Both the position numbers and the translations under genes were made by a program. Below, piece after piece: positions 27,913 through 40,955 of a DNA stretch of 64,000 nucleotides. The stretch comes from Octopus sinensis (lineage: Eukaryota). How positions within the stretch are numbered: position 1 is the stretch's first letter; each line of letters starts with the position of its first letter. The notes under the pieces were generated by a model that was given only the letters and a program-made list of their open reading frames with translations, made no database searches and was not told the origin of the DNA. Location: contig NC_043017.1 in NCBI RefSeq assembly GCF_006345805.1, positions 30,008,001 to 30,072,000 of the forward strand. Reading direction: 5' to 3'.

Positions 27913-28020
27913 ATATATAAACACATGTGTATATATATACACATATATATGTATATATACACACATATATATACATATATACACACATATATATATATAT
28001 ACATATACATATATACACAC

Positions 28021-28055
<35 letters not shown>

Positions 28056-28371
28056 CATATATACATACATATATACACACATATATATATATATATACAT
28101 ACATATATACACATATATATACATACATATATACACATATATATACATATATATATATATACACACATATATATACATATATACACACATATATATATAT
28201 ATATACATATATATACACACATATATATATATATACATATATATACACACATATATATATACATACATATATACACATATATATACATATATACATATAT
28301 ATACACATATATATATACATATATACATATATATATATATAGATAGATAGATAATAGATAGATATAGATAT

Positions 28372-28454
<83 letters not shown>

Positions 28455-28500
28455 ATATAGATAGATAGATAGAGTGTATAAGCATATATATATGTATATA
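27863..28500. repeat. (TA)n/(TACA)n/(TAGA)n microsatellite
   Basis: Directly visible. Confidence 0.97.
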
Positions 28501-29305
28501 CATGTCTGTGCGTATCTAGATGTACGTTCATGCAATGTGCGATTAGGGAGTTGAATTATGACTTTGGAGATAAAACATTGAGGAAATCCAAACGCAACTC
28601 TGTAGGAACTTGTCAAGTCTAAAGCAAAGTTAGCGATTTTTATCGGAAAACTTACGGTGACCCGAGGGATTATCGCCATAGATAAGCATCTAAGTTAAAG
28701 GTAAAGATATTTCAGAGAATTCTAACGTAGATTGGATTAAAGAAATGGAAAAATCAATGGATAAATGTATAAAACTACAAATAGATAAATAGACTACGGT
28801 AAATACGATGTTATTTAAGAGTTATGTTGACTGATGTATTACTGCGACATACTGTGGGAATAAACAGAATGACATAGTGTCAAAGAGCGACCTTCCCTGA
28901 TCAACTTTAATCTAAAGCACTTTTACGTGACAGATGTGGCAACCAAATAAACATTACAATGTAGTTGTTTGCCTGTGGATCTACGAGTTGAGAGAAAAGG
29001 AAATAGTGAAATTTGGCAACGTTGTTCTGGAATGAATAAAGCAAATATTGAGAAAGAAATTTAAGGCGAATAGAACATACAGGATGAGAAAAAAATTGTT
29101 TCCAACACAGTTAAGAAATCTTGAGTAATAGAAACATTAAGTTTATGTCAAGTTCTGATTAATGTAGCAATATATTAACACTTAAACGCGTTTTATCGAA
29201 GATTCCCGCATGCATTTAATCACAAACGTATATTGATATTACAGTTCTATATTTAAGAGATGAGGAATTATGTGCTCTATTTATGTTATTTGCATTTGAT
29301 GGATG

Positions 29306-29502
29306 CCCACGGGATGTGGCGTGGTGGCTAAGAGCGCCGGCTACTAACCCCAAGATTCCGAGTTCGATTCCAAGCATTCACCGGAATAATAATGACAGCA
29401 ACATTGAAAACTACCTTAGGAATGAGAACGCAGGTTTGAAAATTCCCCAAGACACATGATGAAGGCTGGAGGGTACATCAGCCGAAACGTTGTGTTAATA
29501 AC
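29306..29502 (+). mobile_element. SINE-E: tRNA-derived head with a 3' hammerhead-like motif
   Basis: A box TGGCGTGGTGG (29317-29327), B box GAGTTCGATTCC (29360-29371), and 3' end gacac-atgatga-a-ggctg...cagcc-gaa-acgt-t-gtgtt. Confidence 0.8.
29451..29496 (+). ncRNA. Minimal type-I hammerhead-like motif with C3>A in this copy
   Basis: Helix I GACAC/GTGTT, core (A)UGAUGA plus an extra A, helix II GGCTG/CAGCC, GAA, palindromic ACGU, H17=U. Confidence 0.65.
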
Positions 29503-29559
29503 GCAAACACATACAACACACACATATATATATATATATGCAACAGGCATATATATATA

Positions 29560-29637
<78 letters not shown>

Positions 29638-29642
29638 TTGCA

Positions 29643-29778
29643 TGTCTACTAAATTTACTCCCCAGGCTTTTGTCTACCTTAGTGTATGCTAGAAGTCAAA
29701 TGCCGAAGGTACCACGCAGTGGTAGTCAATCCAGAACATTGTGGTTGAGTAGCAAACTGTTTACAATATAACTACTCC
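29643..29778 (-). mobile_element. Degenerate SINE-A head fragment
   Basis: gtctactaaatttactc...ggtaccacgcagtgg...cattgtggttgagtagcaa. Confidence 0.6.
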
Positions 29779-30350
29779 GATACATATAGTAAAATACGGG
29801 TATTACCGGCATTATTTTATAGAAATCCAAAGTTTTACGGTGACCTTGAAATTACACATTAACGAGCACATACAAAGATAGGGTCATGTGTGCGTGTGCT
29901 TGCGCTGTGGCTGTCGAATGCGTGCGATCGAGTGCTTGTGTTGTGGCAGTAATATGCTAGAATCAAGGAAATAAATAACTCTTCTGTGTTCCTATATATT
30001 TGTTTCAGAACCCGAAATTCTTGCACATTTTGAATGAGAGTATATCAACGTATTTTGTCAAAGGCTTCATTAACCCAGGTTAAACACTTTTGCATTCGTC
30101 CCGGTTGTAGAGGAGCAGATCTTTGAATATAAAAGGGGGCAGAGCTGTGGGAACAGTATGCTTAGAAATATATTGAACTCTTGAATTTTTCTCATTCATG
30201 ACAGTAAAGATAAGTTATCGAAAGTAAAGTATGGTCCTGGACAGTACAGTTCAGAACACCATTGTATATTTTAGTACGCTTCAACAGACCAATGTTTAAG
30301 CGAATTATAGCCCTTTATCTCCCTCGCATCCACTCTATGCCTTTTTCTCT

Positions 30351-30426
<76 letters not shown>

Positions 30427-30533
30427 TAGAGAGAGAGAAATCCTTACAAATACTAATGCTGCACAACATTAAGAATTATGAAAGAACACAATATAATTAT
30501 TCCCTTCATAAGTTCGCTCATACCTACATGAAA

Positions 30534-30574
<41 letters not shown>

Positions 30575-31094
30575 TATATAATTTTTATTGTCATAATACA
30601 TAAGCATAAGTATAAATGAGAAGAGAATATAAATAAAACATCTGATGTACATTATAAAATGATGGCAGCAAATACTAAATGGGCATGTGCATTTCTAAAT
30701 TAAGTGTGCTTCTAATGTCCCTATCGATGTTATTTATCACATATCGATATTTTTGGTTAATTCTCTTCTTACATAATCAGAATTGGTTTGTTCGAACCCA
30801 TTACGATTATTGATTTACTTAATAATGTTTCGCCATTTTCGGTTCTTTCCATTTTATATTTCTTCATGTCCCAAGAGTCTTATCATGCATATTCATAGCT
30901 CTTTTGGAATTGATAACTCATTTTAATAGCACGATTTCCATATATTTTGTAAAGCATATATTTTTATTTTTTTTAATTTTCACGTCGTAACTACCGAAGA
31001 ATTTTTCAAAATATGGAAACATTCTCATTGTAAATTTTCGCTTTAATGTTTTTAAGATATTATACAAAATGGCACCCCCACACGCATGCATACA

Positions 31095-31125
<31 letters not shown>

Positions 31126-31135
31126 TTATATATAA

Positions 31136-31167
<32 letters not shown>

Positions 31168-31172
<5 letters not shown>

Positions 31173-32570
31173 GAATTATACATGAGTGGTGTATGTATGT
31201 TTTGTAATGCAAGAAAGGCAGTTTGGGCAAAACTCTTTGATACTTTACATTCTAGGTTCAAATATCATCTAAGCTTTTCACCCTTTAGTGGTCTATATGG
31301 TGCTGCACAACTAAAGAACTTAGTTTTGATTAAATCTTCCACATTTTTGCCCGGATGAGAAATGTTATCATTAGTTTTATAATAATAATAATACTTATTA
31401 TTATTATCATTATTATTGTTGCTATTATTTTACTTTACTTGCATGGCGTTGAGCTGGCATAACAGTTAACACACCCGGACAAAATTCATGGTGCCATTTT
31501 GCCTGTCTTTTTACGTTCTGAATTCAAATCCCGTCAAAATTGACTTCGTCTTCCGGGATCGATAAATGAAGCGCTAGTCAAGTATGGGGGTGGAGGTACC
31601 CGCTTTCGCAATCTCCCTTCGAAAGCTGCTTATCCCGTCCCAAAATCTTTATCCATTACTACCCCCTACTTCCGTGTGCATTTATACATACGTGTATGTA
31701 TGTATGTATGTATGTATATACGTACGAATTCCAATGCATTTTTATTTTCAGGCCTTCTAAAGTTTATCCTGATACTTTATTTACTTATATGTGAAGCGAT
31801 TAGATATATCTATCAAATTGTTTTAGTTCCATTCAAACCGCTTATCTCCCGATCAGATAAACATATCGCGTGTGCCGTAATTTGTGATTGAGGTTAATGC
31901 CTATGAGGTGTTTCAGATATTTCCGTGGTAAATCAGATATAACATTGAACAATCTAGCGAATGTTGCATTTATCTACTTATTCAATTACAGTTTGTATTT
32001 TCTACTGATTTGTTGTTCGCATCGTTTGGTAAGTGAATAAATTCGTTTTTCTGTTGAATCCCTCATTTGCTGAAAGCAAACTTTTGAAATAGTGTCGAGT
32101 CGCGGTGGACATCCTAAAAGCTCAGAAGCGTCAGCTGTTCAAGTTCTGATATCGCTTCAGATATTTTAGCACCTCTACTGGCGGCCGTTCAAATCACTCT
32201 TGTTTAAATTGGATCTGCGCTTGATATTTATCTAAACATACACCAACGACGAGAAGCTGCAACTCGTTTGCTTAATTTCCTGAAACCATCAACCACCTAA
32301 CTATTATGTCGAAATTATCACTTATTAGGAAAAACGCTCCATATAGGATTATACATGAGTGGTGTATGTAAGTTTTGTAATGCAAGAAAGGCAGTTCGGG
32401 CAAAACTCTTTGATACTTTACATTCTAAGTTCAAATATCATCTGAGTCAGCTAAGCTTTTCACCCTATATGATGCTGCACAACTAAAGAACTTAGTTTTG
32501 ATTAAATCTTCCACATTTTTGCCCGGATGAGAAATATTATCATTAGTTTTATAATAATAATAATACTTAA
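31168..32570. repeat. About 230-bp direct repeats (31168-31399 and 32341-32570)
   Basis: attatacatgagtggtgtatgta...cccggatgagaaat.ttatcattagttttataataataataatactta occurs twice; copy 2 has a 9-bp insertion and a 10-bp deletion. Confidence 0.93.
31441..31660 (+). mobile_element. Degenerate SINE-B
   Basis: ggcgttgagctggcataac head, gttctgaattcaaatcccg and gggatcgataaat. Confidence 0.6.
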
Positions 32571-32785
32571 TAATACTGACAGCCGTCCAGGATTAAAGCT
32601 ACTCTGTAATTCGAATCTCACAGAATCGAAATCAAGTATAATGTTATTGTGAACCCAACAGTGGTAGATATTAATCTTGGGAGATACATTCTCGAATTCT
32701 AATCTCTTACATTTTTTAACTTGAAGAAGGGTGGACATCACTGGATTCATGTCCCCGTGACATACGACCTCCTTTTATTGCAATC

Positions 32786-33120
32786 TAATGTTCCTGTTCG
32801 CTACAAAAGAAGCTAAGAAGCTAAGGAATTTTTGGTAAACAATTCAGACAATGAAACCTAGAATAACAACTGTTAGAGATTGAGATATTGCTTAGGTCCA
32901 TGACATGCCACCCCCTCACATTTCCATAATTTACGAATGAAACAAATGGTTTGTGGGTTGTGGGTCTGAAAAGAAAATCAATATTACATTTTGGACATTC
33001 ATGAAACATAGAAACATCTAGGAAATATTCATGCACAGATCAAATACAAACAGTATGGTTTCAATTCCCGTTTTGGGAAATGCCATTTCTTTCATAATGT
33101 TCCTGTTCGCTACAAAAGAA
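32786..33120. repeat. 26-bp exact direct repeat (32786-32811 and 33095-33120)
   Basis: taatgttcctgttcgctacaaaagaa occurs twice. Confidence 0.9.
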
Positions 33121-33970
33121 CGAATGTTTCAATTTCCCATTTTCAATTCTGTGCAATAAATCTAAGGTTTAAAGCTTATCTACCGAAAACAGAATCTAGC
33201 AAAACAACTCCCAGAGCAAACGTTTTTCCTTTTATCATTATTTCAGTAGTTATATTTTTATTGCGTGCCTATTATAATTGTTTACTCGCATCGTTTCGAT
33301 ACGATAGAAAAACATACTAATCAAAGCAAATACTATATTACCTGAGTCACACACAACAGCGATCGATTGTGTACAACTCTGCGCAGTTCTGAGTTCATTG
33401 TCTTCGAACATTTTTTCTTCACTGTATATGAGATATATTCTCCATAATACCTGTTTAGCAACTACTTCGGCTCTGTTGAGTATGTAATGGACGTGTGCTA
33501 ATCACGAAGATTTAGTAATACATTTTGTAGTTTATACATTGCTTAACTATCCCCAGAGAACTATTATTAACCCTTTGCATGGCCAAAACCCTTTCATAAG
33601 TTGGTCTTAAACATCCATTTTTGTTTTCAGACTTTTAGTAACCTCTTGTTTCAAAACTTCTGAGTAGGATAAAGCTTTCTTTACGCAAATCCCAAATTAA
33701 TTAGGTGGTTGGTAAGAATAGGAATTGCGTATCATATAAGATGCATGTTCACTGATGAAATATGCTTGCGTATCATATATATATGCTTTGTATATCATAT
33801 GTGATACACGGGACAAACAAAAGCTTTAGGTGTCTTTTTGCCTTGCTTTTAATACTTATATTTCTATATTCCAGTTTTATAATTAAAACTGTAACTTCTA
33901 ACAGCACGTTTAGTATATTGTATATTTATTGATACTATTATATCGAGTTTAGATAGTCTTCCAGTATCAT

Positions 33971-34143
33971 AGGCGCCGGAGTGGCCATGTGGTAGGTAGC
34001 TTGCTTACCAACCACATGGTTCTGGATTCAGTCCAGCTGAGTTGCACCTTGGGCAAGTGTCTTCTACTATAGTCTCGGGCCGAGCAAAGCCTTGTGAGTG
34101 GATTTGGTAGACGGAAACTGAAAGCAGCCCGTCGTATACATGC

Positions 34144-34174
<31 letters not shown>

Positions 34175-34433
34175 TATACATGTATATATATATATATATG
34201 TATGTATGTGTGTGTATATGTTTGTATGTCTGTGTTTGTCCCCTACAACATCGCTTGACAACTGATGCTGGGGTGTTTACGTCCCCGTAACTTAGCGGTT
34301 CGGCAAAAGTGATCGATAGAATAAGTACTAGGCTTACAAAGAATAAGTTCTAGGGTCGATTTGTCCGACTTTAGGCGGTGCTCCAGTACGGCCGCAGTCA
34401 ACATGACTAAAACAAGTAAAAGAGTAAAGAGTA
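33971..34433 (+). mobile_element. SINE-A, full length, with a probable 8-bp TSD
   Basis: agtatcat at 33963-33970 and 34430-34437 flanks the copy. Confidence 0.92.
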
Positions 34434-34750
34434 TCATTCGGATTCTTGCATAAACCAGTTTCAGATCAGTGCCTTCCCCTCCATCATTATATATAGAATC
34501 CCTGTCTTTTCGTTGATCCCCAGATATTTATACACCTCAGTTGCCCCCATTCTATTTCATGTCTTGATGGTTTCGCTTCAGTGAAACGGTTTTGGTTACC
34601 TTGCCAGTTTTCGAAATAGAGCTCTGCCATTTTTCTAGCCGAAACACCATATTAATCAATGGAGCAGAGGGTTAGAAATAATCATGAAAATACCTGATCT
34701 ACTTATGTCAGAAAGGATCATGACCGCCCTTCTTCTCATTATTATTATTG

Positions 34751-34975
34751 AAGGCGGCAAGCTGGCAGAATCTTTAGCACGGAGGACGAAATCCTGAGGG
34801 GCTCTTCTCCCATAGCTGCGTTCTGAGTCCAAATTCCACTGAGGTCTACTTCACCTTTCATTATTTCGGTCGCGATAAATTAAGTGCCAGTGACGCACTG
34901 GGGTCAATGTAATCGACAAGCCCTCTCCCCTAAATTTTGGGCTTTGTGCTTATAGCAGAAATCATTATTATTATT
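34751..34975 (+). mobile_element. SINE-B, short-tail subtype
   Basis: gaaggcggcaagctggcagaa head, core and (ATT)n tail. Confidence 0.8.
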
Positions 34976-35396
34976 GTTTTCCTTATCATCATCAATGAAC
35001 GCAGAACCTTTTGAACGTCGGATAAAAAACACTTTCAGCGCTTTACACCCTGAGATTAAATTGCGCCGACTGAAGGTCGACTTCAGTGATCAAGTTCGTC
35101 TTCACGCTAATATACTTACATTTTGCGTGTTTTATTTGACATCTGTTACGTCCTGTTTGATCAATTAATTTGGTTTTTCCCCTTCAATGAGAATATGATG
35201 ACGTTATGAATGAGAGTTATTATTTAAAAAAGAAGTATTTAAAAAAACAAATTCCCCACAATGTCAGCTGTGACAAGCAATACTTTCTAATTTGTGTCAC
35301 TTTTAATTCTGGAAGTGTTGTTAGATACAACACTAATCTATTTACAGTGACTTTTCTCCACCCCTAAGTCACAAATGTATCTTTGCTACTGCTACG

Positions 35397-35455
<59 letters not shown>

Positions 35456-35459
35456 CCAT

Positions 35460-35650
35460 TATTCTTTTACCTGTATCAGCCATTTGACTGCAGCTACAGC
35501 ACCGCCTTTAGTCGCAAACGTCGACCCCAAGAATTTTTCTTTTTAAGCTTAGTACTTATTTTATCATTCTCTTTTGCCCAACCGTTAAGTGACGTACGCA
35601 CACGACCATCGGTTGTCACGCGATAGTGGTGAGAGGGGAAGCACAGATAT

Positions 35651-35686
<36 letters not shown>

Positions 35687-35690
35687 TATA
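35460..35690 (-). mobile_element. SINE-A 3' half, degenerate
   Basis: catttgactgcagc...gcaccgcctttagtcg...agtacttatt. Confidence 0.7.
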
Positions 35691-35893
35691 CTCCAGTTGC
35701 GTTCGAAATGTATCTGATTTTATATTTTCCGTGCCAAAGCTAATGTCGGTCAAGATTATTTGGTTGGAAGATGAGGCCACCGTTCCTCGGTATACGAGAA
35801 AATTTTCGCGCCAATAGGCCGCGTCAGTTTCACACTGTTGCGCCAAGAGTACAAACATGTAGTGTATATGTATTTATATATATTATATATATG

Positions 35894-36305
35894 TATTTCT
35901 TTACTACCCACAAGGGGCTAAACACAGAGGGGACAAACAAGGACAGACAAACGGATTAAGTCGATTACATCGACCCCAGTGCGTAACTGGTACTTAATTT
36001 ATCGACCCCGGAAGGATGAAAGGCAAAGTCGACCTCGGCGGAATTTGAACTCGGAACGTAACGGCAGATGAAATACCTATTACTTTACTACCCACAAAGG
36101 GATAAACACAGAGGAGACAAACAAGGACAGACAAACGGATTAAGTCGATTACACCGACCCCAGTGCGTAACTGGTACTTAATTTATCGACCCCGGAAGGA
36201 TGAAAGGCAAAGTCGACCTCGGCGGAATTTGAACTCGGAACGTAACGGCAGACGAAATACGGCAACTCATTTCGCCCGGCGTACTAACGTTTCTGCCAGC
36301 TCGCC
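35894..36305 (-). mobile_element. SINE-B head-to-tail dimer
   Basis: One head plus two core and long-tail units joined at 36076/36077; both units share the private variants ttccgagttc and ccttccgggg. Confidence 0.93.
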
Positions 36306-36366
<61 letters not shown>

Positions 36367-37826
36367 TGTGTATAATTTTCCCTTATAGGTCATCACCCAG
36401 AATATCATACCGAGCAATCTAATCGTCTTTGCAAGACTCTCCGGCTTATATTTCGAATTTTTATAACTGATAACTTCTATTCGAAGTTATCATTAGTTGT
36501 CTTATATCCAAAGCATTGCTTTTGCTTTTTCCTGCCTTTGAATGCGCTTTTGTTTTGGGAAATACTTAGGCTGTGGAGGAGGATGTTTTGAAAACAACGA
36601 TTTCCATTCGGTTGTTTTTGGTAACTGTCCCAGTTTTAGCCTTTTCTCTTAGTATCGTTGTGTTTACGTGTTTGTGAGTGACTTTAAACCAACCTAGATG
36701 CGCATGTACTCTTTCCCCATCTTTCTCTCTCTCTCTCACTCACTCACACACACATACACACACACACAGACACACGCACACAAACGCATGCACGCACGAT
36801 ATGCTCTGCTGCAGATTCAGAACAATGATTTGCCACAAAGTCCCCTATTCCATTGAACATCGTAATACGTTTAAATTCTCCTCATTATGATATTATTGCA
36901 CGTATTGCATCCTCTAATTGCGCTTTCACTGGACGTGTTTATAACATTTCAATGGATAAACTCCAAGAAATACTCAATTGACAGCTCGTTTGCAAGCACA
37001 AGGAATAACGTGAAGTGATAATTTATTTTCTGGATGCTTCGACTGATTACAAATTAAGTCATCCACTTGGCCGAAACGGTGGACATGGCAGAGAGAATTT
37101 TTGAAATCCCATAACCACAATGTCAGATATTTTAGAAAATGCGTTTAGTTATTTGGAATAAACAAATGGTAAGTATTTTCTTGATCTCTGTATAAATGAT
37201 ATATTAATATTTGGATCCGTCACAGTTTGAACTCAGAACGTAGAGATACATAAACAAATACGGATGCAATGTTGTCCGGTAATATGCTACTTCTGTCGAC
37301 AAATGCTTTACGACAAAACAAAGAAGAAATCGTGAAATGCTTACAATACCTGCTAGACATATAATCTCAAGATCAAACCGTACTATCAGAAGATGACAAT
37401 ACGACATTCTTAAATGGACCTCCACTTAACTCTTGCATATATTTGTTATAAAGTATTTCCCTTAGTCAGAGGACAGTAATATAAAGTGCATTTCTCACTG
37501 CTCTCATCTTCAGTTTTATCCATTCAATAGCCATCCAAAATCTAGTTGCAACATTTCTCTCCCTATATATTTTCTAAATTGCTATGCCAAAACGGAAACG
37601 TACGATATTGTCCCTTAATACACAATGACACAACTGCCAGCCACAGCCGAAAGGGCTTTGCCAGCACTAAGTGGACAAAATTATGACATGCGTTAATATC
37701 AACAATAGCCATTTTATAAACTGATAGCATAATCTCTACTAATAGCTATGAAATATCCAAGTTAGTAACTGCAATATTCAGATTGGAAGAAAATTTTATA
37801 TAAAATAAGTAGCAATAAGGTGTACT

Positions 37827-38175
37827 AGGCGTAGGAGTGTCCATGTGGTAAGTATATTGTTTACCAACCACATGTTTCCGGGTTCAGTACCACTGTGTGG
37901 AACCTTGGGCAAGTGTCTTCTGCTATAGCCTCGGGGCGACCAAAGCCTTATGAGTGGATTTGTTAGACGGAAACTGAAACATATATATATGTGTGTATGT
38001 GTTTGTGTATCTGTGTTTGTCCCCCCAACATCGCTTGACAACCGATTCTGGTGTGTTTACGTCCCCGTAACTTAGCGTTTCGGCAAAAGAGACCGATAGA
38101 ATAAGTACTAGGCTTACAAAGAATAAGTCTTTGGCCACAGTCAAATGATTGAAACAAGTAAAAGAGTAAAGAGAA
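37827..38175 (+). mobile_element. SINE-A with an internal deletion near the 3' end
   Basis: Runs from aggcgtaggagtgtccatgtgg to gaaacaagtaaaagagtaaagag. Confidence 0.9.
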
Positions 38176-38654
38176 AAAGAGGGAGTATTCCTGACGAGAT
38201 GGTCACAGTTGGAAATGTTTTGATTATGGGTCTACTCGATAAGGTCTCACCAAGGGGATAAACAGCAACAAGAACTATGACTCTTTATTAATATCGAATA
38301 TATAACTAAAACCTGAAAGATATATCAAAGACCCGAAAATACTGTTACTAATATGAATATAATTTATTGGAAATTATGTTGCTCGTAAAGAACACCTTGT
38401 GAGCAACATCTGTTTTGGTTCTGTAGCAGTATCTTTATTGGCGAATTCCATCCAAGCAATAGAGAATTTTCCATTCATTTGAGCTCTCGGGGCAACATTC
38501 GTAAGAATCTTTATAAACAGATAGCGCATTGTGTATTGATTGAGCTGTTTATCAGATATACTTTTATATAGGATTTCCTTGCTGTTTCTTCTCAATTCAT
38601 AATGCAAGAGTGACGTGCGTTGAGATACAAGAAATAAGCGTGCGATGATATCTC

Positions 38655-38666
38655 TCGCCAGTGTGC

Positions 38667-38697
<31 letters not shown>

Positions 38698-39087
38698 ATA
38701 CATACATACATACACATGTATATACATACATATAAACATGCATATACATATATACATACATACATATATACATACATACATACATATATACATACATACA
38801 TATACACATACATATATATATATACACACACATACATACACACACACATACACACACACATATATATATATATAATCTGTGCTTACGTTTGTTATCTATG
38901 AGTGTATGTGAAATGTCTATTTATATGCTTCTGTGTGCGTTGTATATATTCTCTTTTTGTTCATATAGGTCATTTTATACACACAAACACGCGTATATAT
39001 ATCGTATATATACGTGCTATACAGTTTAATGTATGTGTATATAAGTATCTATCTGTATGTATCATATATATATATATATATATATAC

Positions 39088-39126
<39 letters not shown>

Positions 39127-39317
39127 CACAGACAGACAGATAGATAGATACACAGACAGACAGATAGATAGATACACAGACAGACAGACAGACAGATAGA
39201 TACACAGACAGACAGACAGACAGACAGATACACAGACAGAGAGACAGACAGATACACAGACAGACAGACAGACAGATACACAGACAGACAGATAGATACA
39301 CAGACAGACAGACAGAT

Positions 39318-39379
<62 letters not shown>

Positions 39380-39400
39380 GTGTGTGTGTGTATGTGTGTA
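38655..39400. repeat. (TA)n/(TACA)n and (TAGA)n/(CAGA)n microsatellites
   Basis: Directly visible. Confidence 0.93.
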
Positions 39401-39469
39401 TACGCAAACGTAGTTATGCATATAAATATGTTGGTGCGTATGGGTATGTTTATGCGTTCTTTCATTTGT

Positions 39470-39716
39470 TACTTCTTCCAGTCATTGGATTGCGGCTATG
39501 CTGGGGCATCGACGTGAAGGGTTTTTTATGTCTTCTTAGTTGAACAGATTGACCCTGGCACTATTTTTTAAACCTCGTATTATTCTATCGGGCTGTTGCT
39601 GAATCGCAAAGTTACGAGGACGTAAAGAAACCCACAACAGTTGTCAAGCTCTGATGCGGAACTGTCAGCAACACAAAGACATACGCATAGAACAAACACA
39701 CACACAGACACACACA

Positions 39717-39759
<43 letters not shown>

Positions 39760-39970
39760 ATATATATATATATATTAAAGGGAAAGTTTACGAAAATAAA
39801 CAAAAGACGAAGGCAGGTGGTGTACAAGCAAACATGTATTAGTATAGCGCTCAGGAATAGAAAAAGTATTTTACGTTTCGAGCCTACGCTCTTCTACAGA
39901 AAGGGACCCAGAAAAAAACAAGGAGAGAAAAAAAAGGAGAGAACAAAATGTGTGTAGTAGCTAACGATCT

Positions 39971-40013
<43 letters not shown>

Positions 40014-40170
40014 GAGAGAGAGGGAGAGAGGAAGGGGTAACAGCGTCTTTCACTTTCCATTTACCAAATTCACACTCAGCTCAGGGCCTATAGTAGAAAA
40101 TACTTGTACAAGGTTTTATGCAGTGAGACAGAACCCTGATAACACGTGGTTAGGAGGCAAACTTCGTACC
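39470..40170 (-). mobile_element. Old SINE-A variant split by an insertion in its internal microsatellite
   Basis: The 3' half is at 39470-39710 and the head half at 40040-40170, in the same orientation. Confidence 0.65.
39776..39974 (-). mobile_element. Family G element of about 200 bp carrying a hammerhead-like motif, inserted in (TA)n
   Basis: Flanked by (TA)n on both sides; minus strand reads ttt-CTGTAGA-A-GAGC-gtag-GCTC-GAA-ACGT-A-aaa at 39902-39869. Confidence 0.6.
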
Positions 40171-40528
40171 ACAAATACATAATAAACAAAAAGACTTTAC
40201 ATGTAGAAAATAGAATGAATGAATAATATGATACAGTCCGTTAAAGATAAAGCATAGTTACTTCAAGTTTCTCCGTAGATGAAAATCAGCGTAAACATTC
40301 AGACAATAAACAATTTCATTCATTTGACTTACAGTAAAAATAACAAGGAGTATTTGAAGTAGAACATACACTTAATTCATTCTAAGCTTAAAATATTGCC
40401 TTGATTCTACATTACTACTTTAAAATACTATGAGCTATAAGTTTCTCGTACTTAGATGAATATATGTTGTAAGAAAATATGAGAAAATATAAGGAAAACA
40501 GAGATTTTTGAAAATATTAAGCAGAAGA

Positions 40529-40955
40529 TGGCGCAGGAGTGGCTATGTGGTAAGTAGCTTGCTAACCAACCACATGGTTCCGGGTTCAGTCCCACTGCTT
40601 GGCATTTTGGGCAAGTGTCTTCTGCTATAGCCCCGGGCCGACCAATGCTTTGTGAGTGGATTTGGTAGACGGAAACTGAAAGGAACCTGTCGTATATATG
40701 TATGTATACATATATATATATATATGTGTATGTATGTGTTTGTGTGTCTGTGTTTGTCCCCCTAGCATTGCTTGACAACCGATGCTGGTGTGTTTACGTC
40801 CCCGTAACTTAGCGGTTCGGCAAAAGAGACCGATAGAATAAGTACTGGGCTTACAAAAAGAATAAGTCCCGGGGTCGAGTTGATCGACTAAAGGCGGTGC
40901 TCCAGCATGGCCACAGTCAAATGACTGAAACAAAGAAACGAGTAAAAGAGTAAAG
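40529..40955 (+). mobile_element. SINE-A, full length, low divergence
   Basis: All modules are present; tail hairpin cagtc-aaat-gactg at 40914-40927. Confidence 0.96.

Noticed and set aside
30128-30139. TATAAAAGGGGG consensus TATA box
   Set aside because: No initiator, exon or LTR context supports it.
32690-33036. Minus-strand acceptor/donor pairs and a CxxC…CxxC ORF
   Set aside because: The candidate exon has stops in all three frames, and the ORF crosses apparent intron-like sequence.
35690-35860. Possible mariner end fragment
   Set aside because: No matching inverted end or transposase motif.
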